Positions 1 through 15,225 of a stretch of DNA of 64,000 nucleotides are shown piece after piece; position 1 is the first letter of the stretch, and every line of letters starts with the position of its first letter. This stretch comes from Octopus vulgaris (Eukaryota), in the NCBI GenBank assembly GCA_951406725.2, contig OX597830.1:10416001-10480000 (forward strand), in the 5' to 3' direction. The translations under genes were made by a program, and so were the position numbers. The notes below the pieces were generated by a model. It ran no database searches. It worked only from the letters and a program-made list of their open reading frames with translations, and was not told the DNA's origin.

Positions 1-30
1 ATGTATGTATGTATGTATGTATGTATGTAT

Positions 31-310
31 GGGATCAAAAATAAACACAGGACCTGCCTGGGAAGGTGTACCTACGGAGGTGCCACCTCTGATGAAAAGG
101 ACAGGATAGCAAGGGCACAAAAAAAAGCAAACTATGCAGGTCCAGAGCCAAGTCCCTGATCTCAGTCCCAATGTATGTATGTATGTATGTATGTATGTAT
201 GTATGTATGGGAAACGCAAACACAGGAACGCCCTGCCTGGGGAAGGTGTACCTACGGAGGTGCCACCTCTGATGAAAAGGACAGGATGTCAGCAAGGCAC
301 AAAAAACTAA
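31..310. repeat. Two diverged copies (~180 bp period) of a GC-richer unit separated by (ATGT)n
   Basis: cctgcctggg(g)aaggtgtacctacggaggtgccacctctgatgaaaaggacaggat occurs at ~53 and ~232. Confidence 0.85.
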
Positions 311-959
311 TATGTATGTATGTATGTATCCCACTACTCAGTCCCAGTGATATAATTAGAAACATAGAGCCAAGGAATTGTACCTAGAAAGTTCCCCTCC
401 GAGGTACAAGTCCGGGCAAGTTTGTTTAGGGAAGACCAGCCGAACTAATAATGTATGTATGTATGTATCCCACTACAGTCAGTGATATAATTAGAAAAAA
501 GATAGAATGACAAGGATTGTACAAAACACAACACACAAGTTGTTGTATAATAAGAAAATATATAATTCTGTTAAACACATATTTTTATACAATGAATAAC
601 GTGAAAAAAAAAAAACACAAAATTTTCCACCGATTCAAATGACAATGTTCCATGCCACAGAGTTTACACCAAATTAAATATAAATAATATTTCTTCCTTC
701 CTGCTTCTACATTCATGAATTCAGAACAACATGAATTTTATAAAATAGTAGTAATTATTAATAATTATTGTCTTCCTTTTTCCATATTATATGCCGTGAC
801 AATGTTTAATTTAAAAATTCAGCATTAAATAATAATAAATTTTGCCTTTCATTTTAAAAAATTTAACGTAAATATAAATAAATTTTGTTGTATTATCTAA
901 TTATTTGTAGATAAATTAAGTTTTTGTATTGTAAAATTAATTTGTTTCTTTTCTGTATA

Positions 960-1200
960 AATTATTAAGTTTTTGCCTTTCGGGGTCGATAAATTATATA
1001 CCAGTCTGTTTGTTTGTACTCTTAATTTGTCTGTCCTTGTTTGTCTCTCTGTTTAGCCCCTTGTGGGTAGTAAAGAAATAGTATTTTCGTCTGTTTTCTG
1101 TTTGTTTTCGACTTTGACTTTCATGTTTGTCGATGTATTATATTGTGTTCTTATATAATTTAATCCGTTTGTCTGTTTGTTTGTCCCCCACCCAAAATAA
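960..1200 (+). mobile_element. Garbled SINE family B copies
   Basis: ttgcctttcggggtcgataaatt and tgtccttgtttgtc...gtttagccccttgtgggtagtaaagaaata match the family B copies elsewhere in the window, with many deletions. Confidence 0.7.
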
Positions 1201-1613
1201 ATAAAATATACCGCAAACACCCACCCCCCCCTCCGATAAAAATATAAAACACCCACACCCCCAAACCCCTCTCACCCCAAAAAAAAAAAACCCACAATCC
1301 GATAAAACCCCAAAAAAAAAAACCAAACCAAACAAGCCCCCTCCAAAAAAAAAAAAAAGAACAGCCAAAAACAAAAAACAAATTTTAAAAAAATATTATA
1401 TTTAAATTAAAATTGTTTAAAATTAAAAAAATTATTTTATTCTTTTTCTGAATTAAAAGAATTTTTTTTAATTCAAAAAATTAAATTGATTAATATTAAA
1501 TTATTTAATTATAAAATATATATAAAAAAATAATACAGATATTATTTTAACAAATTATAAATTTAAAATATATTATTGATATAATGAATTACAAATATAA
1601 TATATTAAAAAAA

Positions 1614-3633
<2,020 letters not shown>

Positions 3634-4099
3634 TTGTGCGTTTTTAAAAGACCTACATCACTTGAATGTGTATTAAATTGGATTAATCTGAGCTTTTACG
3701 GTTTTAAGTCTCTGCCCAAACATTGCTTTCTGGTGCTTCGCTCTAAGTGTGAAGGTTTCAACATAAAACTGCAGAAGTATCAAATTATCATCCTTTGTAC
3801 ACACGTCGCTACACACACACACACACATATGCGTGTGTGTGTGGATACATATATATGTAAAGCAAAATAGAGGTTGTGATTTTGTGAACATCATCTATTT
3901 TAAGGTTTGTTGCTTTTTTTTGTTGGCTGTATGTGCCTTCTGCATTCTCTGTGTACTCTACGACATAATCCGACTATAGCGTCCAACAAAATGAGACTCG
4001 GTCTATAATCCGAGTTTTTACACAGTTTCACTTTGTATATACAGGGCAACACGTGGAATTTTAAGCAGTGATTATTTGTCGTTCAATTTACAGAAATCC

Positions 4100-4315
4100 T
4101 ACCCCAACCAAAATTTGTCGTTATCAACCTCAACTTCGTCGACGTCAACTTCAAATTCATCCTCATCAGCCTGGGTTTCGTTACCTTCAGCCTCGATTAC
4201 ATTGTCTCCTATCTCAGTTTCATCATCGTCAACTTAAATGTCGTCAAGAATTTTCTTTTACTGACATTTTGACACCTGTGATTGCTTGTCGCACATTTTT
4301 AAAAGAATGTAAACA
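4100..4315 (-). pseudogene. Acidic peptide relic, possibly the C-terminal tail of a pogo/Tigger-like transposase
   Basis: Minus strand reads ILDDI*VDDDETEIGDNVIEAEGNETQADEDEFEVDVDEVEVDND; family assignment is inference from the acidic composition. Confidence 0.3.
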
Positions 4316-4318
4316 TCA

Positions 4319-4445
4319 GGTGCAGTAGTGGCTGTGCGGTAAGTAGCTGCTTACGAACCACATGGTTCCAGGTTCAGCCCCACTGCATGGCACCTTAAGC
4401 AAGTGTCTTCTACTATAACCTCGGGCCGACCAAAGCCTTGTGAGA
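4319..4445 (+). mobile_element. SINE family A, head only
   Basis: tggctgtgcggtaagtagc...ggttccaggttcagcccc (tRNA-like A/B boxes) followed by CORE-like ggcaccttaagcaagtg. Confidence 0.85.
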
Positions 4446-5015
4446 TGGGAGATAACTAAATGCAACTGTTTGTAGTAATATAATTAATATAGCATCTGGT
4501 AGTGGGGCCCTGATTCGGGAGTTCTAGGATTTTGATTGGTGTGGAAAACACCTCTGAGCCACATTTATTTCTTCGTCTACTCTGGCTTGTAAAAGTAACA
4601 TCTGCAGTTTCCCAGTTATGGGTTAATTATCATGTCACAAATTTACCTGCAGAAGAGGTCACTCGGAGACACCCTGGCGGGTCTAGGACAGACAAACCCT
4701 TCAACTCCGTAACTGCTCATCTTGCATCCTGAATGGCGTTATCCGCGTTCGTGGCATTCGTTGCCCCAGCTCAATACAAGCATGAAGGACGAGCGAGTCG
4801 GTCTGGCTCTGCACAAAACATGATCGCTATAATGATATCCATGGTGTAGTCTGTTCTCCGAAACTATGAGAGAGTTCAGAGTCCAATATTATATATTTAC
4901 GATACAATTTATTAACGTTAAGTTAGTGTTAACCGTTTACCTACGCAGTATATCACTTGCTATACACAGGACATATTTCCCTGACGTCCATGCATCATAT
5001 GTGAAATATATATAT

Positions 5016-5365
5016 AGGTGTAGGATTGGGTGTGTGGTAAGTAGCTTGCTTACGGACCACACGGTTCCGGGTTCAGTCCCACTGCGTGGCATCTTGGGCA
5101 AGTGTCTTCTACTATAGCCTCGGGCCGACCAAAGCCTTGTAAGTGGATTTGGTAGTCGGAAATTGAAAGATTCCGTCGTATATATGTATATATGTATGTG
5201 TGTGTGTATATGTTTGTGTGTCTGTGTTTGTCCCCCCAGAATCGCTTGACAACCGATGCTGGTGTGTTTATGTCCCCATCACTAGCGGTTCGGCAAAAGA
5301 GACCGATAGAATGAGTACTAGGCGGTTCTCCAGCATGGCCAGAGTCAAATGACTGAAACAAGTAA
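5016..5365 (+). mobile_element. SINE family A (tRNA-derived, CORE-like domain, central microsatellite)
   Basis: Collinear with the copies at 44361 and 46982; tail gtcaaatgactgaaacaagtaaaa. Confidence 0.9.
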
Positions 5366-5659
5366 AAAAAATTGTTTTCATCCACAAGAGCTAACTTGGG
5401 ACTTACGAACTGAAAGCTAAATATTAGAGAGAATGTATGAAACAAGGCTAATTAAAAGTCTGAAAACAAACATGAATCCGTTTGGGGCAATTGGTTGAAA
5501 ATGCTTTTGACAAGGATTATAAAACAAACTATTTTCTCGATATAAAATTGACTGTATTAATTAGATACGACGGACTCTACCATCGAAGACGATCTACGAG
5601 CGTCCAGCTTCTGCCGAATGGCCTTAACAAATGATTTGTTTATAGTGATCAAATGTTCG

Positions 5660-5865
5660 TGCCGCACATCAACTCACTCTCTCTTTCTCTGTCAAATTGA
5701 TGTTGTCTGAACAGATGCGCTGTGTGCCATGCGTCGGGTGTCTCAAGTGGTCGCAGAGCAACGTGAGATGAAGAGGTTGGCTCAAGAATACAACGCATCA
5801 CTCGGTCTAGGAATTGAAAACATGATCTCGCGATCGAGAGCGCGATCGAGAGCACTAGGCCATAT
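5660..5865 (-). mobile_element. SINE family D (tRNA head plus CORE-like domain)
   Basis: Shares tcaaattgatgt...ctgaacag...gctgtgtgcc...tcgcagagc...aagaatacaacgca with 49020-49205. Confidence 0.65.
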
Positions 5866-6009
5866 AAGGACGTAATAAATAATGTAGCTGTCCTTGTGCC
5901 AAAATCTGAAAGAATTAATTTCCTTAACCCACTTTTCCTGTCCATGTGACGTGCACAGGATCTATGTATGTCCTTGGCGTCCATGCATCATGTATGACAG
6001 ACATACCCA

Positions 6010-6800
6010 ATATTCTTTTCTTCTCTAGGCACAAGAAATTATTGGTGAGCAGGCGAGTCAATTAGATCGACCCCAGTACGCAACTGGTACTTAATTTATC
6101 GACTCTGAAAGCATGAAAGGTGAAGTCAACCTCTTTGGAATTTGAACTCATACCTATTTCTTTATTACCTACAAGGGGCTAAACACAGAGGGGACAAACA
6201 AGGACAGACATAGGTATTAAGTCGATTATATCGACCCCAGTGCGGAACTGGTACTTAATTTATCGACCCCGAAAGGATGAAAGGCAAACTCGACCTCGGC
6301 GGAATTTGAACTCACAACGTAACGACAGACGAAATACAGCTACGCATTTCGCCCGGCGTGCTAACATTTCTGCCAGCTCATCGCCTTGATTAATCTCAAT
6401 ATTCTTTTCTACTCTAGACACAAGGCTCGAAATTTTTGGTGAGCGGGCCAGTCGATTAGATCTACCCCAGTACGAAACTGGTACTTATTTAATCAACCCC
6501 GAAAGGGTGAAAGGCAAAGTCGACCTCGGCGTAATTTGAACTCAGAACGTAACGGCAGACGAAATACCTATTTCTTTACTACCCGCAAAGGGCTAAACAC
6601 AGAGAGGACAAACAAGGACAAACAAACGGATTAAGTCGATTATATAAACCCCAGTGCGTAACTGGTATTTATTTAATCGAGCCCGAAAGGATGAAAGGCA
6701 AAGTCGACCTCGGCGGAATTTGAACTCAGAACGTAACGGAAGACGAAATAGGGCTATGCATTTCGTCCGGCGTTCTAACGGTTCTGCCAGCTCACCGCCT
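6010..6800 (-). mobile_element. SINE family B (Meta-domain-like), two head-bearing dimers in tandem
   Basis: Four copies of actggtacttaatttatcgaccccgaaaggatgaaaggcaaagtcgacctcggcggaatttgaactc; heads near 6385 and 6800. Confidence 0.9.
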
Positions 6801-7359
6801 TCCGATAAACCCAATATTGTCAAGCACCAGAGTAACTTTGGACTTGTGAACGGATCATTTTATATTTCTCAGAACGTATGAATCAACGACTTACCAAATG
6901 TCTAAAAGGAAACAGAGACGTCCAAGACAAACTCGTGAAAATGCCTTGGACTGGCAGAGGGTAAATAATATTTAATAATAGAAGATAATTAGAAACCAGA
7001 GTTGAACTGGGTTAATTTACTTAGCGTAAATGTTAACTAGAAATAATTATGCGTCAGGGGAAAACAATGTTGGCCGTTGAATAATATTATATGAAATCTT
7101 CTGTCAAATAAGGAGACATCACCGTTGACCTGTTTAGTACTTGTTTATTTTAGTTAACTTATTACTGCTCCCTTCATTTAATATGTTAACGCTAACTTAA
7201 ACACGATCATTCATGTGGATGGTCTTACGAAGTCGCTTATTTTTTAAACAATTCTATAAATTTTTACTTGCGTCTGTGGATTTCGATAAATTTGTACACC
7301 TTGGGAAATACGGAGGAGTCTGACGATTCGAGAGGATATTGTCATCTGAGAAGAAAACA

Positions 7360-7895
7360 TCCCTCTCTTACTCTCTCACTCACTCACTTTCTTTTTCTCT
7401 TCTCCTTTCTCTGTCTCTCTCTCTCCCTCTCACTCTCTCACTTTCTTTTTCTCTTCCTCTTTCTCTGTCTCTCTCTCTCTTTCTCTCATTCTTTCTTCCA
7501 CTTTCTCTCCCATCCTGTCACTCCCTCTTTTTCCCTCTCTCCTCTGTCTCACCCGCTCTCTTCCTCTAGGATTCACTCTCTGGCGCTCTCTTTCTTTTCT
7601 CTCTTTCCCTCCCTCACTCCCGTTCTTTCTCACTTTATCCGTCTCTCTCCCGCTCGCTCTCTTTTTCTGTCATTCTCTCGCTCTCTCTTTCTTTTCCCCC
7701 TCTCTCTCTCTCTCTCATTCTCTCCCTTGCTCTCGTTCCTTCTCACTTTATCCGTCTCTCCCGCTTGCGCTCTCTTTTCTCTCTCCCTCTCTCTTTCTCT
7801 TCCTCTGTCTCCCACTCTCTTTTTCCTCTTCTATTTCTATCCTTTTCTCTCCTATCTCCCTCTTTCACCCTCTCTCTCCCTCCCTTTACCCCTTT
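7360..7895. repeat. Degenerate (CT)n polypyrimidine tract
   Basis: Direct reading. Confidence 0.95.
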
Positions 7896-8262
7896 CACAG
7901 ACCAACACGTATCCCCCAAACACTAGACCCCTCTTCTCTTCTATAACACATCTAAATTAACAAATGATCAAATCTAAACCAACAAACATCACTAAAAAAC
8001 AATTTACTAACGCTAACACCGCCATTTTCTCTGGATCTTGTTTTATTCTTCTTTCGTTTTTACCAATAAATAAGATATTCTACCAACATTGTAACAATTA
8101 AAAGAGCCATTGTTGCTGTTTATGAAAACACAAAACAGCTAAAATTTATTGCAATCTGTTATTTTGCTATTTAAAAATACATAAAAACAGTTATATTATT
8201 TCAGGTTTGTTATTTTGCTATTTAAAATTACACAAAAATTGATATATTAGTCTGTTATTAAT

Positions 8263-8625
8263 CTGTGTGGTAAGAAGTCTGCTTTCCAACCATATGTTTC
8301 CAGGTTCGGTCCCATTGGGTGTCACCTTTTGCGAGTGTCATTTGTCAACTAGTATAGCAGTGGGTCAACCAAAACCTTGTGAGTAGATTTAGGAGAGGGA
8401 GACTGAAAGAAGCCCGTCTTATATATGCGTGTGCGCATGTGTGTGTGTGTGTGTTTGTTCCCCATCATCGCTTGACAACCATTGTTGATTTAGTTCGGCA
8501 AAAGAGACCGATAGAATAATTACCAGGCCTTAAAAAGATATGTATTGGGGTCGCTTCATTCGTCTAAAAATTCTTTAAGATGATGCCCCAGGATAGCCGC
8601 AGTCTGAAACAAGTAAAATATAAAA
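8263..8625 (+). mobile_element. SINE family A, diverged
   Basis: ctgtgtggtaagaagtctgc...cggcaaaagagaccgatagaa...ctgaaacaagtaaaa. Confidence 0.8.
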
Positions 8626-8639
8626 GATAAAGAAAAACA

Positions 8640-8830
8640 ACAAGAGCACTCAGAGAGCGCAAACCTCCGCCAAGATAACACCAACGTCCTCTCAACAATT
8701 AACCAAAGATGATTTTTAAAATGAGAATATTTGAAGTAAACTCGACTGCTCTCAAAAACGAGAATACTAAAAATGAACCCGACCGTTCTCAAACGGAAAA
8801 ATAATCAAGAGAGAGAGATCCAGAATCACA
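8640..8830 (+). mobile_element. 5' fragment of the putative HINE/DINE-1-like element seen complete at 37912
   Basis: aagagcactcagagagcgcaaacctccgccaag...aaatgagaatat matches 37912-38090. Confidence 0.7.
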
Positions 8831-8989
8831 CCTGACGCGGAGGAGGAAAGAAAATAGTAATTCAGTGAAGGAGGTGTAGCGAGAGTAATAGCTCTGACTG
8901 AGAGGGAGCGAGAAAAATAATAGCAATGAGAGAAAGCAAGGGGTGATAGATGTGTGTAAAAATATAGTTATTATATAGCGCACGGGTAG

Positions 8990-9762
8990 AAACATAGGAA
9001 AATTAAAAGTTGGAAATGCACTGGGAATTGTTAAAATATTTTTTATTGTTATATTTAAAAATTTAACCGGTTTCATTTTCAGTGATTTTCAAAAATTTGA
9101 AATAGAAAGACGTGGCTTATGTCGCAGCTCTTTTGCTTCTGTCTAGTGTTTGAAGCTTGCCTTTTTTCATAGGGAGTTCATGGCTCAAATTAGTATATGT
9201 TTTGAATAGGTTTTGATTGTTAGAGGAAAGTCACATGACTGGTCACTCAACATTGGCGGCCTTCATTTTAGGCGCAAAATATACTGCCACGTGACATTAG
9301 CGCACGGACGTAGCGGGAAACGTACAGAAGATTCTAAACTTAATCACATGTTCATTTTCAACAAACACTTGACAGAAAACACTCAGAGCATTGATTGTTT
9401 AGTACTACGACTAGACTTGTTCAGTCAACCGTGTCAGTCTTAACTTACGACGCTAAACATTGTTACTTGATGCTAACACACGGGCGTAGCGGGGAACCTA
9501 CAAACATTTCTAAGACCAGTGATGTGACTATCCTCTACCAGTCAAACCCTATTCAAAACATATACTAATTTGAGACCTATAAAAAATAGGGCAAGCTTTA
9601 AACATTATTCAGAAGCAAAACAGCTACGACATAAGCCATGTCTTTCTATTTCAAATTTTTGAAAATCAGTGTAAAGTGTGAAACCGGTTAAAACTTCAAA
9701 TATATTACTAAAAAATATTTTAACTATTCTCAGTGCATTTTCAACTTCTATTTTCCCTATAT
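8990..9762. mobile_element. Foldback / long-TIR non-autonomous DNA transposon (~250 bp arms)
   Basis: 8990-9245 is the diverged reverse complement of 9512-9762 (e.g. ttttcaaaaatttgaaatagaaagac / gtctttctatttcaaatttttgaaaa). Confidence 0.85.
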
Positions 9763-9764
9763 AT

Positions 9765-9801
<37 letters not shown>

Positions 9802-10022
9802 CATATATATATATACACAGACACACGCACATTACCGTGAGCGTTCATAGCGATGCCCTGCTGATTTCGACGATAAACGGTCTTTTATTTTCTAATGACG
9901 AATAACATGAATCCCTTTGCACATAGCTAACTACTCACACACATACACACACACACAAATGTATACATATATATTGCATATATGTATATATACAAAGATA
10001 TTACTATATACGTTTATATATT

Positions 10023-10068
<46 letters not shown>

Positions 10069-10133
10069 AACATTTTATATATATATATAACATAACATTT
10101 TATATGTATATATGTATAACATTTTACATATAT

Positions 10134-10535
10134 CTCTTTTACTCTTTTACTTGTTTCAGTCATTTGACTGCGGCCATGCTGGAGCACCGCCTTTAGTCGA
10201 GCAAATCGACCCCAGGACTTATTCTTTGTAAGCCCAGTACTTATTCTATCGGTCTCTTTTGCCGAACCGCTATTTGACGGGGACGTAAACACACCAGCAT
10301 CGGTTGTCAAGCAATGCTAGCGGGACAAACACACACACACACATACATACACATATATATATACATATATACGACGGGCTTCTTTCAGCTTCCGTCTACC
10401 AAATCCACTCACAAGGCATTGGTCGGCCCGGGCCTATAGCAGAAGACACTTGCCCAAGATGCCACGCAGCGGGACTGAACCCGGAACCATGTGGCTGGTA
10501 AACAAGCTACTTACCACACAGCCACTCCTGCGCCT
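10134..10535 (-). mobile_element. SINE family A, full length, embedded in (TA)n
   Basis: Reverse complement of the 46982 copy, from the ctcttttactc tail to the gccactcctgcgcc head. Confidence 0.93.
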
Positions 10536-10651
10536 ATATATAAACATTTTACACACATATATATATATATATATATATAAAATATATTATATATATATAT
10601 ATATATAAAACATAACATTATATATATATATATACATACATATATAACATA

Positions 10652-10751
<100 letters not shown>

Positions 10752-10760
10752 AACATTATA

Positions 10761-10795
<35 letters not shown>

Positions 10796-11379
10796 ACTTT
10801 CCCATCCCTTTCATTTCCATGCTAAAAGAACGCCGCCGACAGGATATTGACACGGGGTACTTATGAAGAGGACGTCATACGAGACGTATTTCCTTCTGTG
10901 TGTCATCAAGTGAAATGATGGGAAGCACGACGACAGTTAATGATATCGGAAACACATTAGGATCCAACGCGAGAACATGACGCTGATTGCAATCGACTGT
11001 TGTAAGTTAGAAAAGCAGCGGGAACCAGGAAACAGATATTCTTTTGAAGGAAGCAAAAAGAGGAGTAAATGCATTTGTATATGACATCAGTTTAAATAAA
11101 AGTTTAATGTTACAAGGTGGGGTCCAGGCGTCCTTGTTCTGTTTTCCTTCTTTTAAATACTTCAACTAAAAGAGTTTACGCCTGGGACCAGTCGCCATTC
11201 AGTGTCTGTGGGCTTAAAACGTTGGAGTGACAAAAGTTTCAAGTAGATAACAGACTCGGATTGGAGGGAACGATGCAGTAATTCTACCTCCTTCAAGTTC
11301 TAACGATTTTTGTGAAGGAATTGTCTCCTCACAACAAATTCTTTCCCCCATTTATATATCTATATCTTATCTGTATATT

Positions 11380-11387
11380 TCTGTCTA

Positions 11388-11454
<67 letters not shown>

Positions 11455-11518
11455 GTCTGTCTGTCCCTCCGTCCGTCCCTCCGTCCGTCCATCGATCCAT
11501 CCGTCCATCGATCCATCC

Positions 11519-11606
<88 letters not shown>

Positions 11607-11630
11607 GTCTGTCTGTCTGTCTGTCTATAT
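11380..11630. repeat. Compound (TCTA)n/(TCCG)n/(TCTG)n microsatellite
   Basis: Direct reading. Confidence 0.95.
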
Positions 11631-12044
11631 ATACACAAGTTGCATAAGGTATTAGAGGACAAATATGATTTTTAATAAAAACATACATACAATGACAAAA
11701 ATCAACTTTATTAATGAAGATATTGTGGTGAGAGTACGGCGCCCTGTAACGAGAATAGGCGGGACCACTGGATGTAAATAGTAGCGGTCTGACGTAATCG
11801 GCAGTTCGTAGTTTGGTCTTCGAAGTCCAGGTACAGTTTACAGTTCGAGTTGGTGTGTTGGAAATATTGATTGTTGGTTCGTTACGTGTTTTCACTACCC
11901 CTGTTTCTATTGTATATTATTATAACACTGTTACAATGTGTTCTTTATCGTCGTCAATATTAACCGTACTACGATATTGGCGGCGTAAAGACAAAACAGG
12001 ACAAAAATTGTACATAGAGACCAGATTATCCTCTTTGTTATCTT

Positions 12045-13180
12045 ATACAATGTCGCTACCCTCAGCATCAATAATTGCTTCTATTCGAGATTTGAATCGT
12101 CAATATGCCCTAATTAAATGGTCCTGGTTCGTACTGGACATGACTCTATGGTGGCTTTCAAAGAGCCTTTAGTGTTATGGGAATGTTGATTGACCTCTCT
12201 CTCTCTCAACAGGTCTTAACACATAGTAGTCCAATGGATTGAGACCTGTTGAGTTTGGAGGCCAAATGTTTGAGGTTGTGTGGTCATGAAAATGGTCAGC
12301 CATCCATTCTTGGGTTGCTTAAGCCTTATATGATGACGCAGAGTCCTGCTGAAACTCGTAAAGCCTTCCGTTGCGTATTCCATGTATTCAGGGCTTGACA
12401 ACTGTTTCTGGGACCTCAATGTAGCCAGCAGAGTTAATTCTAAGACCTTGTGGGAAGAAGTGAGGAGGTATCACATGTCCATCATAACTGACAACTCCAA
12501 AAGCTGTAGCAGTTGCAGAAAATTTTATGTGCGTGACCGTCCGAACTTCAGAAGAGATTGAACACCACCATCTGGCTTTTTATGTTTTCTGTTAATCTTC
12601 TGGTCCTGGTCAAAAGTTTTCTCATCTAAAAAAGACCAAATCGATCTTCTAGATGCTTAATAGTCTTATAGATCTGATCAAATGATTTTCCCTTAAATTC
12701 TTTTACCTGAATTGACCGTTCTTCATCATGTAAGACTTGTACCGGATGTCTTCATGAACAACATTTTGGATAGTCCTTTCTGACGCATGGAGATCTTATG
12801 CAATTTACCTCATAAATTTTCTGGGATTTCTGTCAATAACATGCTGAACTAGTTGAATAAAATCGGGCGTTATAATAATATTGGAGCGTTGGGAATGCTT
12901 TTTGCATTTCGATACTGGTGATACCTTTTCTATCTAAGGCTTCTAATTTCTTTCGAATTTGGCAGGCGAAAGATCCGGTGACTTTCAAAAACTGAGTTAT
13001 CTCTAAATCGCTGAGCTCAGCCATTAAGGCAACCATTATTATGACATGCCTCTTCATTTCTTCAGTAATCTGAGTTTCTGCTATTATTATTTTCTGAAGC
13101 ATAAATCACATAAACTTAATTTAAAAACTGTAATAACTCAAAAATGTGTCACGTTCTCAAATAGCCTACACACCCTCTAT
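12045..13180 (-). pseudogene. Decayed Tc1/mariner superfamily transposase, DD37D (maT-type)
   Basis: Manual minus-strand translation gives WSFLDEKTFDQDQKINRK ... PPHFFPQGLRINSAGYIEV ... FQQDSASSYKA*ATQEWMADHFHDHTTSNIWPPNSTGLNPLDYYV ... RFKSRIEAIIDAEG; 37 residues between the QQD and PLD aspartates; in-frame stops; TIR-like end gagggtgtgtagg next to TA at ~13176. Confidence 0.9.
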
Positions 13181-13304
13181 ACATACATACATATATATAT
13201 ATATATACATATATATACATGTACATATATACATATATATGTACATATATACACATATATATATATATATATGTACATATATACATATATATATATATAT
13301 GTAC

Positions 13305-13335
<31 letters not shown>

Positions 13336-13524
13336 CATATATACATATATATATATATATGTACATATATACATATATATATGTACATATATACATATAT
13401 ATATATATGTACATATATACATATATATATATATGTACATATATACATATATATATATATATGTACATATATACATATATATATATATATATGTACATAT
13501 ATACATATATATATATATATGTAC

Positions 13525-13555
<31 letters not shown>

Positions 13556-13745
13556 CATATATAAATATATATATATATGTACATATATACATATATATGT
13601 ATGTACATATATACATATATATATATATTTATGTACATATATACATATATATATATGCATGTGTGTATATGTACATATATGTATATATATACATGTATGT
13701 ATGTATGTATGAATGTATATGTACATATATGTGTATGTACGTATA
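13178..13745. repeat. (TA)n-based compound satellite with recurring tgtacatatatac unit
   Basis: Direct reading. Confidence 0.95.
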
Positions 13746-13749
13746 GGTG

Positions 13750-13855
13750 CGTACGTAATGGTTAGTGTTGCACTTACGATTGCAAGATTGTGGATTCGAT
13801 TCCCAGACAGAGCGGTGCGTTGTATTTTTGAGTAAAACACTTTTTTAGCAAACTG
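13750..13855 (+). mobile_element. SINE head (family D-like), tRNA-derived
   Basis: taatggttagtgttgcac...ggattcgattccc...tgcgttgtatttttgagtaaaacacttt. Confidence 0.6.
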
Positions 13856-13869
13856 AATATACATATGGA

Positions 13870-13939
<70 letters not shown>

Positions 13940-14764
13940 AGCTGAATAGCCTGTCGATACTTGGCAGTTTTTACGTCCTATATAAATTTTTGTTTATTCC
14001 ATGTCAGACCATGCCTTCCCCAATAGATAGGCCTCTTGATCAGGACAGATTTGTGCAATTTTTCGTGAAAAACCTTGATAGCGAATTTTTTCCCCTTTTT
14101 AAATTATTTACATATATGTTCGATCGTTTCACGTGACTTTGTTCAGTAAAACTTGTTAAAACTTCAGAAGTTCTTACAACTTTGGTCGTCGTAATGCTTT
14201 GCTTTCGTTTGTTTAATAAAAATTCCTCTTCTTAATGATTTTGCTTTCATTTCGTGACAGTCAGCTATCATGCAGAAAATGTCACCTTCCAAATCCTGTT
14301 ATCTGATTAGGTAAAATTGATTAAACTTTACCTTACTAACATTTTGCTGCAATTTTTCTGGAACAGATAAAAAGCAAAATCGGATTTAACATGGAAAATT
14401 ATTCTAATATACCAACTTTGAAAACTTATACGTAATTTTAAAATTTCACAATATGTGACAACTAGAAAGATCCTGCAAAAGTAGAGAGGCACAGAGTTAT
14501 AGGACGTGACACACACACACGTACACACACATGCACACACATTTACAAACGTACACACAGGTAATCACGACTTTCAAATAGTGTATAGTAGACATATGTG
14601 TGTATGCACGTATGTATGTATATATATGTATATATATTTTGCGATGGAGAGCAGAAATGCCACCTACCTTAAAGCTACGTATTCCTCACGCCCATCTTTT
14701 TTTCCCTTCCTCGGCGTTTTAAATGTTTCTTATGTGCATGTGTGTGTGTGTGTGTGTGTGTGTT

Positions 14765-14823
<59 letters not shown>

Positions 14824-15193
14824 ATGTATCAATTTATTTACGGAAGTATAATACGGCCCTTTAGTTTTGCTAAGCCCTGTAAAAGAACTATGGAAGCCTT
14901 TCACGATACCCATAAAGCCAGGAACTTTTCAGCACCCATATGTGTGTATATAAGTGTATACACACACGTATATATCTCTAACCCTTTCCCTTCTCCCCTA
15001 CTGCTCCTTCTCCCCCTACTTCCCTTCTAACTAAATACAACAGTGTAAAATCCGATATCTGACGTAATATAACAGGCGTTTGCCATCGTGAACAGCAATT
15101 TCCTTCGCTTGAAACTAATGATATAATACTTATCACCATCTACTCCCCCTCTCCATCTCCCTATCTCCCTCTCCTTCACTCACTCTTTCTTTC

Positions 15194-15225
<32 letters not shown>

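Noticed and set aside
10828-11001. Possible plus-strand exon (AG ... GTAAGT)
   Set aside because: The best-looking frame stops after ~29 codons and no homology was recognised
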